NCBI GenBank assembly: GCA_002269645.1
Contig: NIVC01000023.1
Span: forward strand, 806,001 to 870,000
Direction: 5' to 3'
DNA: 64,000 nucleotides
Source of the DNA: Macrostomum lignano
Lineage: Eukaryota
Part shown: one piece after another, positions 12,655 to 25,803 of the stretch
How the letters are laid out: each line of letters opens with the position of its first letter
How positions within the stretch are numbered: the stretch's first letter is position 1
Made by a program: the position numbers and the translations under genes
The notes under the pieces: generated by a model
Seen by the model: the letters and a program-made list of their open reading frames with translations, nothing else
Database searches by the model: none
Told to the model about the DNA's origin: nothing

Positions 12655-13299
12655 TATTAAAACCATGTAAGCTAAAGGATTTGGATAAAAAAACTTTCTA
12701 AAGGATTGGATTAGAAGGTTGGCCATAGACATAAAAATAGTGAGAAAGTGGTCCTTCGCAGCCCTCAAACTTGGCCATAGACATAAAAAACGGCTGCGGT
12801 AATTATTGGGTGCTTTCCACAAAAAGTGGTCTTTCGCGTCCTTGGGCTGCTTATTTTTAGGAATTTCTAAAAACAGATGGTGGAAACTATACTATTGTGT
12901 GCCAATAACCCTCGGCCAAAAGACATTAATGAGGCTCTGAAACCATATGGATTTAAACTCTTATTTAAACTTACATGTATATTACCTACATGTAGATGGG
13001 CCACTCCAGCCGCCTGGTTTTGACCATAGACATCAGCAGCAGCCAGTGTCTGAAGCCCTAGCCCAATTGGGTTTTCGGGTCTCGGGGACGGCCGTTAAAT
13101 ATACATTACAATCTGCACAGTGGAGAGAGCTAATAAGGATGATTGCACAAACAGATCAGTCCTCGTGCAGACATATCATAATTGTTTATACGTCGTACTG
13201 CCCTTGAATCCTTCCAAAATTACACTGTTAACGAAGCTTTCTGCAGCAGTGAATAATACAATACAAAAAAATAGTTGCCAGGTCCGCCGACCTCCAAGT

Positions 13300-15135
13300 C
13301 ACAAGGTCAAAAAACACGATTAGCCGCACAGTCTCTGTTAAAAGCAACACCATTGGCCTGGTCAGTCAACTTGGCGTCTTCTGCTAAACAGTCCAAGAAC
13401 CTCCGGGTCCGCGCCTGCCCCGGCTGGAAAGGTGCCCGCTGTGTCCACAGCAGCCTGCAGCGGCTTCGCGGGCAGTATGACTCGGCGCGGATGATGTGAC
13501 CCGCCAGCTTCAGCCCTCGCTGTCGCAGGGTAAACGCTGGGAGGGCTCAGCTTGGCCCGTTGATAGAGGGGCTAGTCGGTGACGTATTCCGCGTGACAGT
13601 AGATGTTGAATGCTGCGCGTAGCAGCTGGAGTGTCCGCGTCCAGTTGTCGCTCCAGGACCTACCGTCGTCACAGAGGTGATGACCCGGATGGCCTCGCTC
13701 ACGGCAGCCATCTGCTGCTCTTTGTAGACGGCGGCAAGGAATTTTAAGCTCCGTCTGTTGCGCGCCTGCTCCTCCCTGAGTCGCTGTACTCGCTCTTTGG
13801 CCTCTCTAATTGATGGGTCGCTTATCCACAATGGTTGCGAGCGCTGCGAGTGATAGCGCGAGTGGTAGCTCGCTTTCTGCTGCGGCTTGGATTATGGCGC
13901 AGATGTCATTTTTGGTGTCGCCCAGCGCGGTGGAAAAGACGCGAGAGAAACGGTTCCTAGCGTCCTGGTTGGGAGTGCTCGGAAGAAGCGCTTCATCGGT
14001 CTTTTCTTTGGTGGTCGGTAGAGGGGGTCGCGGAGATGTACCAGTAAGTCACAGAACAGTAACACGTACTCTTGTGGTCCGACCCCACGGCCAGTGGTCT
14101 GACGGTGTTGCAATTAAATGCTCGGCGACGTTCGCGATTGAGCAGTAGCACGTGATCTAACTGCGCTAGCCTGCGAGTCGCGTTACGGCCGGTTGCATTT
14201 CGCCTTCTCCACTTAAATGTACAACCGGTAAAGGTACGTGTGGCGAGCCGGCTGACGGGTTTGCGGAAGGTAAGTATTTGCGGACACCAGGTCGTCTTGC
14301 TGTGTGAAACTCACCAGCGCATCTGTATTTCGATTCTCGTGTGGATCGAGGCACATAAGAGGCGCTTGCAGAACGACGCACTACCGCATTGGGGTCGCCA
14401 AGCACCATCAGTGTCTCGCTGCGCGACGGTTTCAAGCTGAGCTGACATGAAATCGAAGAACCTGTCAGCTTCTTCTGGGTGGGCTGCTGTGGGTTCGTAC
14501 GCGCAGAAGAGGAGTGCATTGCGGTTGCGAGGCGAATGTCCACCCACATATCAGTCGATCACTCAGGGGGAGACAGCTTTGTCGCAGCCGAGGGTTGACA
14601 ATTGCCACCGACCCTGCCACGTTCTTTCTTGTCCGCGAAGCTGTAAAACAGGGTCCAGCCGCCACCAAGGTCTTCGACTTGCAAGTCGGGTCCACTGACG
14701 ATAGAAAGCTCTTGCAACATCAATTAAGATGTCTAATTCGAGTCCTTCGGATTGTTGGGCAATAATCCTCTTCGCCAAGTAGCCTTCAGAGTGCGGCAGT
14801 TGAAGGTCGCCAGTCTAAGCGTGCATTTTGATACAGCTGGGGTCCGCTGACATTGAACCTATTGGTCTTCAGCGCCATCCGGCAGATCCAGATCCTTATA
14901 GTGGGCAGGGTGGGCTGACAGCGCAGGGTGAGTCGACGCAGCAGGCCTCTGCGATTGCGTTCACGGCGCCTCTCCATCAGGCGGCAAACACTCCGCTTGC
15001 CCTGTCTCACTTTGATGCAGACTTTTGCAGCCACAGTCAGTAGGCGAGGCTTACGACTGAGCCGACCGAAGAGAGCGCAGTTCGATGCAGGCGCTGCTGC
15101 TGCTGCGCGTCACCAGGAGCTGGCGTCAGCATTAT
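13300..15135 (-). mobile_element. Degenerate RTE-type non-LTR retrotransposon: APE endonuclease and linker, RT absent
   Basis: Minus-strand motifs across frameshifts: LATFNCRTL (~14800), LLFCAYEPT..EADRFFDFM..RDTLMVLGDPNA, QLDHVLL, VGSDH (~14075), then a helical linker EQQMAAVSEAIRVI. Confidence 0.8.
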
Positions 15136-15766
15136 ACTTAATTTAGCATTATTCACTATATAGTGAATGATAATTTTGCACGGCTCTAATCATATATGCA
15201 TGTATAAACATTTGTGTCTCACTGTAATGATGCCAGCTCGACGCTAGTGCAGGTTTCGGTTTTGGTTTATATGTATATAAAATTATGGATAGTTATGACT
15301 ACAGTGATAAATTCAGGCACTATACAGATCGAACCAGAAAATTTTGGGACCAAACAGAAAACACAGTACTAGCGACCTTCAAAATCAGTAAATACTACAA
15401 ATCTGCGCCCCGTTTGAGAGGCAGCAAACGAAGTATTAAAATTTTGAATAAGAGCTGCTTATAGGTAAGCCATGACAGCTATTTTAGTTACTTTTGTTAA
15501 TCAAATGGATCAAAGGAATGATCAATGCTTAAGCAAAAAGCATCCGCCCTGAAACGCAGCTATAATTCTATCTCTATAGCAAAAAAATATCACCCGAACA
15601 TAACTCCGACGTCGGCGACAATTCCCACGACATCTGTCGACGTCGATGACAGATATGTACTTTTATACACCGACGCCCAGCCGACGACGTACATGTACGA
15701 TGTCAGGTACGCGTCCTTATATATCCGTCGATGCAATTTAAAAGCAATGTATATGTAAATTTCTAG

Positions 15767-15974
15767 AACAAAAATGCATGCTGCTACAGGGAGGATGACC
15801 GCTTTTGCTACACCAAGGTATATTATTCATTAAGTTTTGCATAAAATTAAAAAAAAATTTAATTAAAATTTAACAAAAATGCATGCTGCTACAGGGAGGA
15901 TGACCGCTTTTGCTACACCAAGGTATATTATTCATTAAGTTTTGCATAAAATTAAAAAAAAATTTAATTAAAAT
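15767..15974. repeat. 105-bp direct tandem duplication
   Basis: AACAAAAATGCATGCTGCTACAGGGAGG... starts at 15767 and again at 15872. Confidence 0.95.
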
Positions 15975-17356
15975 CCTAGACTAGAGGTCTTAGTCTAGAA
16001 GTCCTTGTTAAAATCACGTCCTTTTAAAATTCAGAGGTACGTTGCATGCTAACTTCATTGCACAAATGTTGTCTGCTCTCCATTGCACAAACGCAGAAGT
16101 CACTCTTGTTGAAGGATTATGTACTCGATCATGGATTAATAAAATTAGGGCGTAGAATCAATAAAAAAAACAGGAGTTAAGAGCCACCTGCAATTGTCTG
16201 CATGTCGCGCGGACCAAAAAATTAACCGATTTTGGTTTGAATAAAACTATATCGAAAACAATTAATTGTTGATGTACCTTATAAATTTTTAACTTGCATA
16301 ATTTCCAGGCATAATTTTAGGAAAAAAAGTATTTCTTGATGTTTTTTCAAAGTTAGTTAAAATAAATTTTGTTAAAATCTGAACATTGCGTAATTTAAAT
16401 GCCAGACCAAGATTCACTTTGCCAGCCAATAACAGAACTTGAAACACTCTATATCTCTAACCCCCAAGCTTGTTCTTCTAAATGTGATTCTTTGCTTGAG
16501 TAATTAGGTTCTATGACCAATACCTTTGAATAACTTTAACTTTAAATCAAATATAAACCTTTGCCGTTGGCACAGGTTTCAACCCTATAGTATCATCACT
16601 ATCATGATAAGAAATAAGAATGCAAGTTTGCTATATTGATAATTGATGGAACATTTGATTTGTACTAGGCCCTATTAGGCCTATTTAGACCCCTACAGAA
16701 TTATTTAATTTATTTTCTATGTCAGAGTCAAACTCATTTGTTGAACAATACAAAATTTTTAAAATACAAAATTCTTTCTTATTCTTAACTTAAAGACATT
16801 TTGTTGCCAACTAGGCCTATCTAGATTTCTTTCTATAAGTAGGTTATAATTACAAATAGAATAGAAAATAGTAGGCCTATTATGCAAAAGCAAAAAAGTG
16901 GACATTATGGGACTTTAAATTTTCCAGTCAATAAAAATAAAAATCAATATAAGTTACAATTATAAAAACAATTTTGAAAACTAGGCCTAATAGTAATAGT
17001 TAAATAGCAAAGAATATAAATGAGCATGAGTTTAATATATTTTCTGTTTTATTATGAATAGGCTATAAAATGAAATGAAATAGGCCTACTAATTTTTATA
17101 CAGAATTGCTATTTATTGTATTTTATATATTTAAATTTAAATAAAATATTCATTGACTAGGCCTAGGCTAACAAAAATGGAGTACTTATAGGCATAGTGG
17201 CTGTGACTATAATATTAGAACTTATATTATAAGCACGGTGGCCATGTCTATAATATTGGAACTTATAGGCACAACAGTTGTGTCTATAAAATTTGAGCTT
17301 ATAGGCATGGCTATAATCAATATTAAATGTGTGTTTTGTAGGGCTTTTTTGACAAG

Positions 17357-18531
17357 CTGGGTTTTTTTTTCGCCAGAGACAAGGTGCAAAATTGCACCTT
17401 GTGCCAAATTTCAAGGTGCAATTTTAAGGCTCAGAGTGCAATTTCTCTTGAGTCTTGTTTTAGACAACTGGGAATATATATTTTAATATCTTACATAAGG
17501 CTATAGCCATACCATAGTCCGGATCATATTGTTTATGCTGGAGATCTTTGGCGTAAATCTGGTTTGGGATCGGAGGCTGGCATAAGTGCTTGGCATAAGT
17601 ATAGGCCAAAATATGCCTTGGCATAAGTGCTTGGCATAAGTACATGGCATAAATCAAGTGGCATAAATGTTGGCACAAATGAGATCATTCACGATCAAAT
17701 ATATCACTATAGAACATTACACATTTGCATTAATTATGATGTTAAAGAGTAGCATTAAAACAAAGTTCATTAAAATATTGCAGCTCATATAAATGAGATA
17801 GCAGAATATCTATTATAGGATAGCAAAAGTTTTTTTAGCTTCAAGATGCTTACTTTGATTCTTGATTCATGTTATGTTAGAAGTCAAGGCAAGTGTATGC
17901 AAGCTATGAAATGCTTAAAGCCAGCGATGGGCAGAGAGCCGATATATATATTATTGTTTAGTCAAGTGCAGTAAGCAATGTACATTGTATGCGTCAATGG
18001 GGGACTGGGGGCAGGTGCACTGAGAGAGAAAGAGAAAGACTGCATGTCGGCTAGCCAGCATTGATCAGTATAGAACAATTTAGAATTTGCAACTAGTGAG
18101 ATTTTTAAACAGTTGCAACTTCTGAATTTAATTTATCACTGATTAATTGTAAATCATCTATTCTATTCTATTCTATTCACAAGAATTGTGAGGGACCTTT
18201 TTTGGGTGGCGTAAGTCAGAGGGACCTTTTTTGGTTGGCGTAAGTCTGGCATAAGTGCCAAAAAATGTTGGATTTTTCCTCTGGTGTAAGTCCAGCATGA
18301 TCCGGACTATGGTAGCCATAGGCTATATCGCCTATATATGACTTAATAGGATTTAAAGAGTTATTTTGTTTCATATTTTAAGGCATTGCATAAAAAATAG
18401 CTTAAGCATGGTTAAGCCTTTAAAGAAAAATGGTTATAAGACCGCACCTAAACTGCACCTACTTTTTTAATTTCAGGGTGCGATTTTAAAATTTAGGGTG
18501 CATACGCACACTTTGCGCACAAAAAACCCTG
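17357..18531. mobile_element. hAT-like MITE with perfect 8-bp TSD
   Basis: TSD TTGACAAG at 17349-17356 and 18532-18539. Ends are CTGGGTTTTTT and AAAAAACCCTG (CAGGG-type). GGTGCA/TGCACC subterminal motifs. Confidence 0.8.
17512..18312. mobile_element. Nested non-autonomous DNA transposon with 16-bp TIR CCATAGTCCGGATCAT and perfect 8-bp TSD
   Basis: TSD TAGCCATA at 17504-17511 and 18313-18320. Perfect TIRs. Repeated GGCATAAGT(G) subterminal motifs at both ends. Confidence 0.85.
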
Positions 18532-19699
18532 TTGACAAGCCAATGGTAGCTTAGTGGATATGTCAATTGCCTTGTGATTGCGTGTAACAAGGTTACTTTG
18601 ACTCCCAAGTGATTAAAGTTTTTTAATTTGAAATTTTTTGCTAAACAAAAATTTTTGTCTTGAAATTTTTAATTAAAAAAGAATAATAAATAAATCAAAT
18701 TAAATAAAACTAAATTTTTTAAAGTAACACTTAATCTTAAAGTGTGGCCGCAATTATATATGTAGCAATTAAATAAGAAATAATTTTTATGATACATATT
18801 TGCTGCAAGTAATGTTTTCATTATAATCTTTTTAATTAAATACTAGATTTAATTGTTTTCTTTAATTTTTATTTAGCTATTTGTAACTTGATGCTAAAGT
18901 TAAAATAGTCATGTCATATGTTTTGAGAATCTAAAACTAGGCCTAACCTAACTATAGTTATACATATATTATATATCCATATAGGCATAGGCTTCTAACT
19001 TTTTTAAAGGAAAAAAACTTGATATTGAACTTTTTTATCAACAAATATGTCTTTTGCTTTTATTGCTTTAAAACTTAAAGTGCTAATATTGATTATCAAT
19101 TAGCTTTAATCAATAGAATTATATAAAAATGTTTTTTAAAAAACAAAAATATAAAAGGCAAAATATTGGCAAAAAATAAGAAAGGTCATTCCACAAGAAG
19201 GTCCCATTGTTTTTTAACTTCATGCACTTGTAACTTTTGAACCATAATAGATAGAACCAAGCTGCAAATAGCAATATGGTTTGAACTTCTAATTCTAAAT
19301 TTTTCATATTGTGGTCTTTTAATGCTAACAGAATATGTTAATTGTAATCTCAAGTATCTAGGCTATTACTATACTTGTATAATTTTTTAGTCATCATCAT
19401 TTTTTAATTTAATTGTAAATTTGTATTGCATATATAAAGTTAAGGTTTGTTACCTTAATCCAAAATATAATGCATGAAATTTATCAATTGGCTACTTTTA
19501 ATTAGCTTTTCTACATACTGTCTTATTAACTAAAAAATTAAATTGAGCATGTCATTCCAAGAGGGCTCTGGAGAAGATTATGGTAAGGCTATATTTCTAA
19601 GACTGTTTAATTTTAAATACAGTATATTGTGATATAGTCAAAAGCCCTATGACCTACAGTATGTGCTATCACCCCCATTTAATGTAATGTACCATTTAA

Positions 19700-20418
19700 T
19701 GTATGTTGCTACCAAGTAACGAAAGTACTTTAGAATGTGGCTACCCTCTCCTCTATAGTCCTTTAGTATGTCGCTAACTCAAAAGTAATTTAGTACATGG
19801 CTACCCTCTCATCCAAAGTACTTTAATGTGACGCTAGCCTCTCCAAAGTAACTTTAGTGTGTCGCTACCCTCTCCAAAGTACTTTAATGTGACGCTAGCC
19901 TCTCCAAAGTACTTTAATGTGACGCTAGCCTCTCCAAAGTACTTTAATGTGACGCTAGCCTCTCCAAAGTACCTTAGTGTGTCGCTACCCTCTCCAAAGT
20001 ACTTTAGTGTGTCGCTACTCTCTCCAAAGTACTTTAGTGTGTCGCTACCCTCTCCAAAGTACTTTAGTGTGTCGCTACCCTCTCCAAAGTACTTTAGTGT
20101 GTCGCTACCCTCTCCAAAGTACTTTAGTGTGTCGCTACCCTCTCCAAAGTACTTTAGTGTGTCACTACCCTCTCCAAAGTACTTTAGTGTGTCGCTACTC
20201 TCTCCAAAGTACCTTAGTGTGTCGATACTCTCTCCAAAGTACCTTAGTGTGTCGCTACCCTCTCGTCCAACTTTAGTGTGTAGCTACCCTCTCGTCCAAA
20301 GTACTTTATTGTGTCGTTACCCTGTTGTCCAAAGTACTTTAGTGTGTCGTTACCCTCTCGTCCAAAGTACTTTAGTGTGTCGTTACCCTGTTGTCCAAAG
20401 TACTTTAGTGAGTCGCTT
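19700..20418. repeat. 30-bp (later 33-bp) minisatellite just upstream of the NKRF-like start
   Basis: Unit GTGTCGCTACCCTCTCCAAAGTACTTTAGT. Confidence 0.95.
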
Positions 20419-20492
20419 ACTGTCTTCATAAGTACAATGCTAAAATCGATCTGTTCTCTCCCCCCATCTAAGGCTACGATCCCAATGCCGCC

Positions 20493-23400
20493 ATGCCGCC
20501 AATACGCCGATCGGCATTTAGCGCCGCTGCCGCAGCAGCCGATGGACCCGGCGCAATTGCCGCCGGTGCTGCTGCTCCTCCGCCGTCAGCTCCGTCAGCT
20601 ATCGGATCGTTGATGGGCAGCAGCTTCGGCGGCGGTGGCAGCGATTTTAATGACACAGCAAAGCCGCCAGCGGCCTATATGCAGCAGCACCAGGCTCCTC
20701 CGCATTACCATCAACAGCTGCCAAGCATTGGCGGGCCAGGCGTGCCCAGTCTAATGCAGATGAGCTGTCGGCAGCCTAACCGTCAGCAGCAGCAGCAGTA
20801 CAGTAGACAGTCGCAGCCCTATTATTATCGAAATCAACCAGTTGGAGCATGGCGTTCTGCTGCGCCACAGCCGCAGGTAACATTTTTATGTATATTTTTT
20901 TGGGCATTTGATGTCGATGTTTGATAAAGGCTCGATTTGCATTATCTAGGTTTGGTCCTAGGCTCGATTCCGGGTATCTGGGTGTGGTCCTAGGCTCGAT
21001 TCCGATTATCTTGGTGTGGTCCCAAGCTTGATTCCTGGTATCTGGGTGTGGTCCCAGGCTCGATTCCGATTATCTTGGTGTGGTCCCAAGCTCAATTCCT
21101 GGTATCTGGGTGGTGGTCCTAGGCTCGATTCCGTGTATCTGGGTGTGGTCCTAGGCTCGATTCCAATTATTTAGGTGTGGTCCTAGGTTCGATTCCGATT
21201 ATTTAGTTGTGGTCGATTTCGTTTTGAAATCACGAAATCGAAATCGATCTCGATTTCGTGAATCTGGGTGTAGTCTCGGGTTTGATTCGATTCCGCATCT
21301 GTAGTCCCGAAATCGATTTCCCATATGTAGTCTTCGACTCGATTCCGCGTTTGTTATCTCATAGACTTAATTCCCCTTATAGTCGAGTCCCAAGCTCGAT
21401 TCCCTCGTGTGTGCTACCGGGCTCAAGTCCCTGGTATAGAGCTTATCCAACATATCGTCAATAAATCATTCATTGCAACTTCTTTTCCATATCACCAATA
21501 TTCAGAGTCTCCTAGCAACCCCGGTTGTGCCCCAGCTGCAGCAGCCAATAGGTTGGCCGGCCGCTCCTTTGGCCATCGGTTCCACCAGCTTTGGTCAGCA
21601 TCGGCAGCGTCGCGGCGGCGGCGGCGGCGGCGGTCGAGCTGCAGCCGGCGGCAACTACGGGTTCCCGCAGCCATTGATGTTTGCCACTGGCCGGGTTAAT
21701 AAACCAATTCGCGGCGGCGGTGGCGGTGGACGTCAGCAACAGCAACAGTTGCAGAAACCTGTCGGCGGCATTGTCCCACTAATGGCGGGAATGAAGCCGG
21801 ATAAGTACAGAAGGCGATGGCAACAACAGCCGCCTTCGTTGAGTCGTCCGATTATCGACGTTATCCTTGATGCGCAGAAGGTGCTGCGTGAAGTTTGTGC
21901 TGAGATTGATAGAAAGAAGATGCATGTGCAGGTAAGCTAAAGGTATTCTTTTGGTGGCTTTAGTATCTAGGGAAATTCTTCTAGTGGCTTGGGTGTCAAA
22001 GGGACTTCTTCAATTGTAGCTTAGGTGTCAAGGGGAATTCTTCAATTGTAGCTTAGGTGTCAAGGGGAATTCTTCAATTGTAGCTTAGGTGTCAAGGGGA
22101 ATTCTTCAATTGTAGCTTAGGTGTCAAGGGGAATTCTTCAATTGTAGCTTAGGTGTCAAGGGGAATTCTTCAATTGTAGCTTAGGTGTCAAGGGGAATTA
22201 TTATTGCGTTTTGAGTGTCAAGAATTCTTCAAATGTAGCTTAGGTGTCAACGTGAATTCTTCAAGTAGCTTGGGTGTCAAGGAGAATTCTTCAAGTAGCT
22301 TGGGTGTCAAGGAGAATTCTTCAAGTAGCTTGGGTGTCAAGGAGAATTCTTCAAGTAGCTTGGGTGTCAAGGAGAATTCTTCAAGTAGCTTGGGTGTCAA
22401 GGAGAATTCTTCAAGTAGCTTGGGTGTCAATAGGAATTATTCAAGTGGCTGAATTAAGTGTTAAGGAGAGACCTTAATATTCTACTTAACACTGGCCCAC
22501 TCTTACCCCCACCCGCTTAGGCCGTAGTGTTTGCAGTTCGAGAGCGCGTGCCGGACTTTCATTTTCATTACGTGTTCGCTCTGGCCAGAGATTTAGACAC
22601 CGATGCGTTGCGCGGTTACTATGGCAACGACACTGTGGCTACATGGAAAGCTGCCGCAGATGCTAAAGAAGGCAGCTCTGAAGATGCAAACAAGGTTTGC
22701 TTTTGTTTTACAGTTTTATTCATGTCATTAGTGTTTTGGCAATGAAGAGTATGAAGATGTAGCTTTGACTGGATTAACGCACCTCTGGGAACGGTAGCAA
22801 CCCGCTCTCAATTAAAACCTATGAGTAGAGTAGCAACCCCCCCCAATTAACCTCTGGGTAGGGTAGCAATCCCCTTGTGGGTAGGGTAACAACCCCCAAT
22901 CAAAACACATATGGGTAGGGTAGGAACCCCCTGGTGGGAGGGTAGCAACCCCCCAATCAAAACACGTGGGTAGGGTAGCAACCCCCCAATCAAAACACGT
23001 GGGTAGGGTAGCAACCCCCCAATCAAAACACGTGGGTAGGGTAGCAACCCCCCAATCAAAACACGTGTGGGTAGGGTAGCAACCCCCCAATCAAAACACC
23101 TGTGGGTAGGGTAGCACCCCCTAATTAAAATACCTGTGTAGGTAGGGTAGCAACCCCCTGTGGGTAGGGTAGCAACCCCCTGTAGGTAGAGTAGCAACCC
23201 CCTGTAGGTAGAGTAGCAACCCCCTGTAGGTAGAGTAGCAACCCCCTGTAGGTAGAGTAGCAACCCCTTGTAGGTAGGGTGGCAAAGCCCCAATTAAAGC
23301 ACCTGCATGTAGGGTGTAGGAGCGGCCTATTTACAGCCATAGAGATGTCACCGATATAAGTTCCGCGTCTCCCGTCCCGAATCAGACGGAGTCTCAAATC

Positions 23401-25803
23401 GAGGATTACACGGTCCTGTGCGACCTGTACGTCTGCGGCATATTCGCTGGCGTACAGGGCCGCGGCTGCAACCAACTGGCCGCCCGGCTGGACACCTGTC
23501 GTCGATTTATCAACTTGCTAATCGACACCGAAACGCCGCCGCGGATTGTCGATATTCGACGCGCCTGGCAGCGAGGAACTGTGCCCAGCCAAGCTGTGGT
23601 CACCTACCCGGAGCCATCGCCATCGTCAGCGCCGGCTGATGCGCCTGCCGATAAGGCTGAAGCTGCCACAGAAGAGAAACCAACCGCGGACGTCGAGATG
23701 CCAGCTGCCGCCGCCGCCGACGCCGAAAAAGCTGACGAGATCCAGCATCCGCCGATGCTGTCGATGTCGGTCGGTCCGGCTAGTCGGCATCGATTTGAGA
23801 TGCGCGCGCGCGGCGTCTCCCAGTGCCTGCTGAAGCTGCTCGGCAATGACCCGGTGTCAACTTGCAACGTCACCGCCTGGGAGGCCGAGGCAGCTCAGCC
23901 GCCATCTCTGCTAGGCGACGTCGGCAGCAGCGGCGGCATCGTCTTCCCAGTGATGTCGGCCGATCCTTGGTCGGCGTCTGCGACAAGCCTGTCGCCGCAG
24001 TTGGACAGCCTGTTTGTGTGCCATCCGGCCCCTCATATTGCCAAGGTGTTGCCGTCTATCGCCCAGTTCAGACTCACCTGCCATTTTAATGGCCTCATGA
24101 AGGTAAGCGCACTGGCACTTTATAGGTATATCCACTCTGGTTCCTTGTCGTTGCCTTTCTAATACCCTATATACCCTCTCTGGCGCTACCCTCCTAACTA
24201 ATACCCTCTTTACCCTCTGGTTCCTTGGCGCTACCCTCCAACTGATACCCGCTTTACCATCTGGTTCCTTGGCGTTACACTCCAACTGATTACCCGCTTT
24301 ACCATCTGGTTCCTTAGCGTTACCCTCCAACTGGTACCCTCTTTACCCTCTGGTTCCTTGGCGTTACCCTTCAACTGACACCCTCTCCCCCTTCCTCTAC
24401 CCCTTCTACCCTTCCCCTGTACTCGATCTAGTTAACAACAGTTCTCTGCCCCAAAACCACGGCACAGGTAACCTCGTCAAGCGTCGGTCCAACAGTTGCG
24501 GAAGGTCGCGACCGGCCCAGCTGCACGGCCCTGCTGCACATCGGCAACCACCTGTTGAGCCAGGCTGACGGCGACACCATGGAATCAGCCAAAACTGCCG
24601 CCGCAGTGGCCTTTGTTGAATCCGCTAGCCAATTGCAGCCAGTTATTCGCGTGCATCGCACCTGTCCTACTAGCATTCCCGTGGTTGCTAAGGACGCTCT
24701 GGTTGCTAAGGGCCAAGAACTATTCAACTCGGAGCCGGAAAAATATCGATCGGCTATGCAGCAGTTTTTTAAACAGGCCGGTTCCGGCGCTAATCCCGTC
24801 ATGTCGCGAGCTTTTTGGCAGCATCTAGTTGCTAAGCAACCAGATTTGGAAGAGTTTCTGCTGCATTCTCTAGCCTATCTTGAGGCATTTCACTCTGAAC
24901 CGTTGGAGTGTCGCGTGTTTGGCGGCGATTTAACTTTCCCGGAAATTTGCACCCTCTACAGTTGCATTATGTGCTGCGGCTTCGACTTCGAGGTGAGCTA
25001 ATCTGATTTTGGGTCGAAAATTATTAGTTTTAATAGAATCCCTATACATGAGCTTCATCACCCTGTGAGATTTAATATCGCCTTGTACATCTGAGAGAAT
25101 CGCCCTGTACATCTCTAGAGAGAATCGCCCTGTACATCTCTAGGGAGAATCGCCCTGTACATCTTTAGAATCGCTCCGTACATCTCTAGAGAGAATCGCC
25201 CTGTACATCTCTATAGAGAATCGCCCTGTACATCTCTAGAGAGAATCGCCCTGTACATCTCTAGAGAGAATCGCCTTGTACATCTATATAGAGAATCGCC
25301 CTGTACATCTCTAGAGAGAATAGCCTTCTACATCTCTATAGAGAATCGTCCTGTACATCTCTAGAGAGAATCGCCCTGTACATGTTAAGAGAATCGCCCT
25401 GTACATGTTAAGAGAATCGCCCTGTACATGTTAAGAGAATCGCCCTGTACACAGTAGACACCTTAAAGAATCGCCTTTAATAATCGGTCTGTACATCTTA
25501 AGGGATCGCCCTGTACATCCTAAAGAATCGGCTGGTACATTTATCATCCTGTGCTAATGTCATCGATAATCTCCTTGAAACACCCTTTCACTAATCGCCC
25601 TGTACATCTCTCTGCAGGTCGACGCCGTGCTGGAAGACTTCAGCAGCGTGTGCCACCAGCTCCTACTGGTGCACAAACAGGTGGACACTGTAGAAGTAAA
25701 ACGACGCCTGTTGACTGACAAGAATTTCGGTAGACTGGAACTTGTCAGTCTGGGCAGTCGGATTGATCAAGTGAAATCTGCACTGGACATGCCGGTTGCT
25801 TGA
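20493..25803 (+). CDS. NKRF: NKRF-like protein: low-complexity P/Q/G N-terminus, divergent dsRBD-like domains, degenerate G-patch/R3H-like C-terminus
   Basis: join(20493-20876,21506-21931,22521-22694,23320-24102,24432(or 24468)-24992,25618-25803), all phase 0, GT-AG, open throughout. FHYVFALARDLD..YTVLCDLYVCGIFAGVQGRG..RFINLL, CTALLHIGNHLLSQADGDTMESAKTAAAVAFVESASQLQPV and NFGRLELVSL resemble remembered NKRF segments. The true start could lie further upstream. Confidence 0.65.
20945..21200. repeat. ~31-32-bp minisatellite (NKRF-like intron 1)
   Basis: TGTGGTCCTAGGCTCGATTCCGATTATCTTGG-like units; degenerate CGATT-rich tail to ~21430. Confidence 0.9.
21960..22445. repeat. 32-bp then 30-bp related minisatellite (NKRF-like intron 2)
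   Basis: CTTAGGTGTCAAGGGGAATTCTTCAATTGTAG switching to CTTGGGTGTCAAGGAGAATTCTTCAAGTAG. Confidence 0.95.
22790..23300. repeat. GGGTAGGGTAGCAACCCC minisatellite, ~23-32-bp units (NKRF-like intron 3)
   Basis: Repeated GGGTAG(G/A)GTAGCAACCCCC(AATCAAAACAC) units. Confidence 0.9.
24135..24380. repeat. ~44-bp degenerate minisatellite (NKRF-like intron 4)
   Basis: CTCTGGTTCCTTGGCGTTACCCTCCAACTGATACCC.. units. Confidence 0.85.
25080..25610. repeat. 25-bp minisatellite (NKRF-like intron 5)
   Basis: GAGAATCGCCCTGTACATCTCTAGA units; the last degenerate copy forms the splice acceptor region. Confidence 0.93.
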
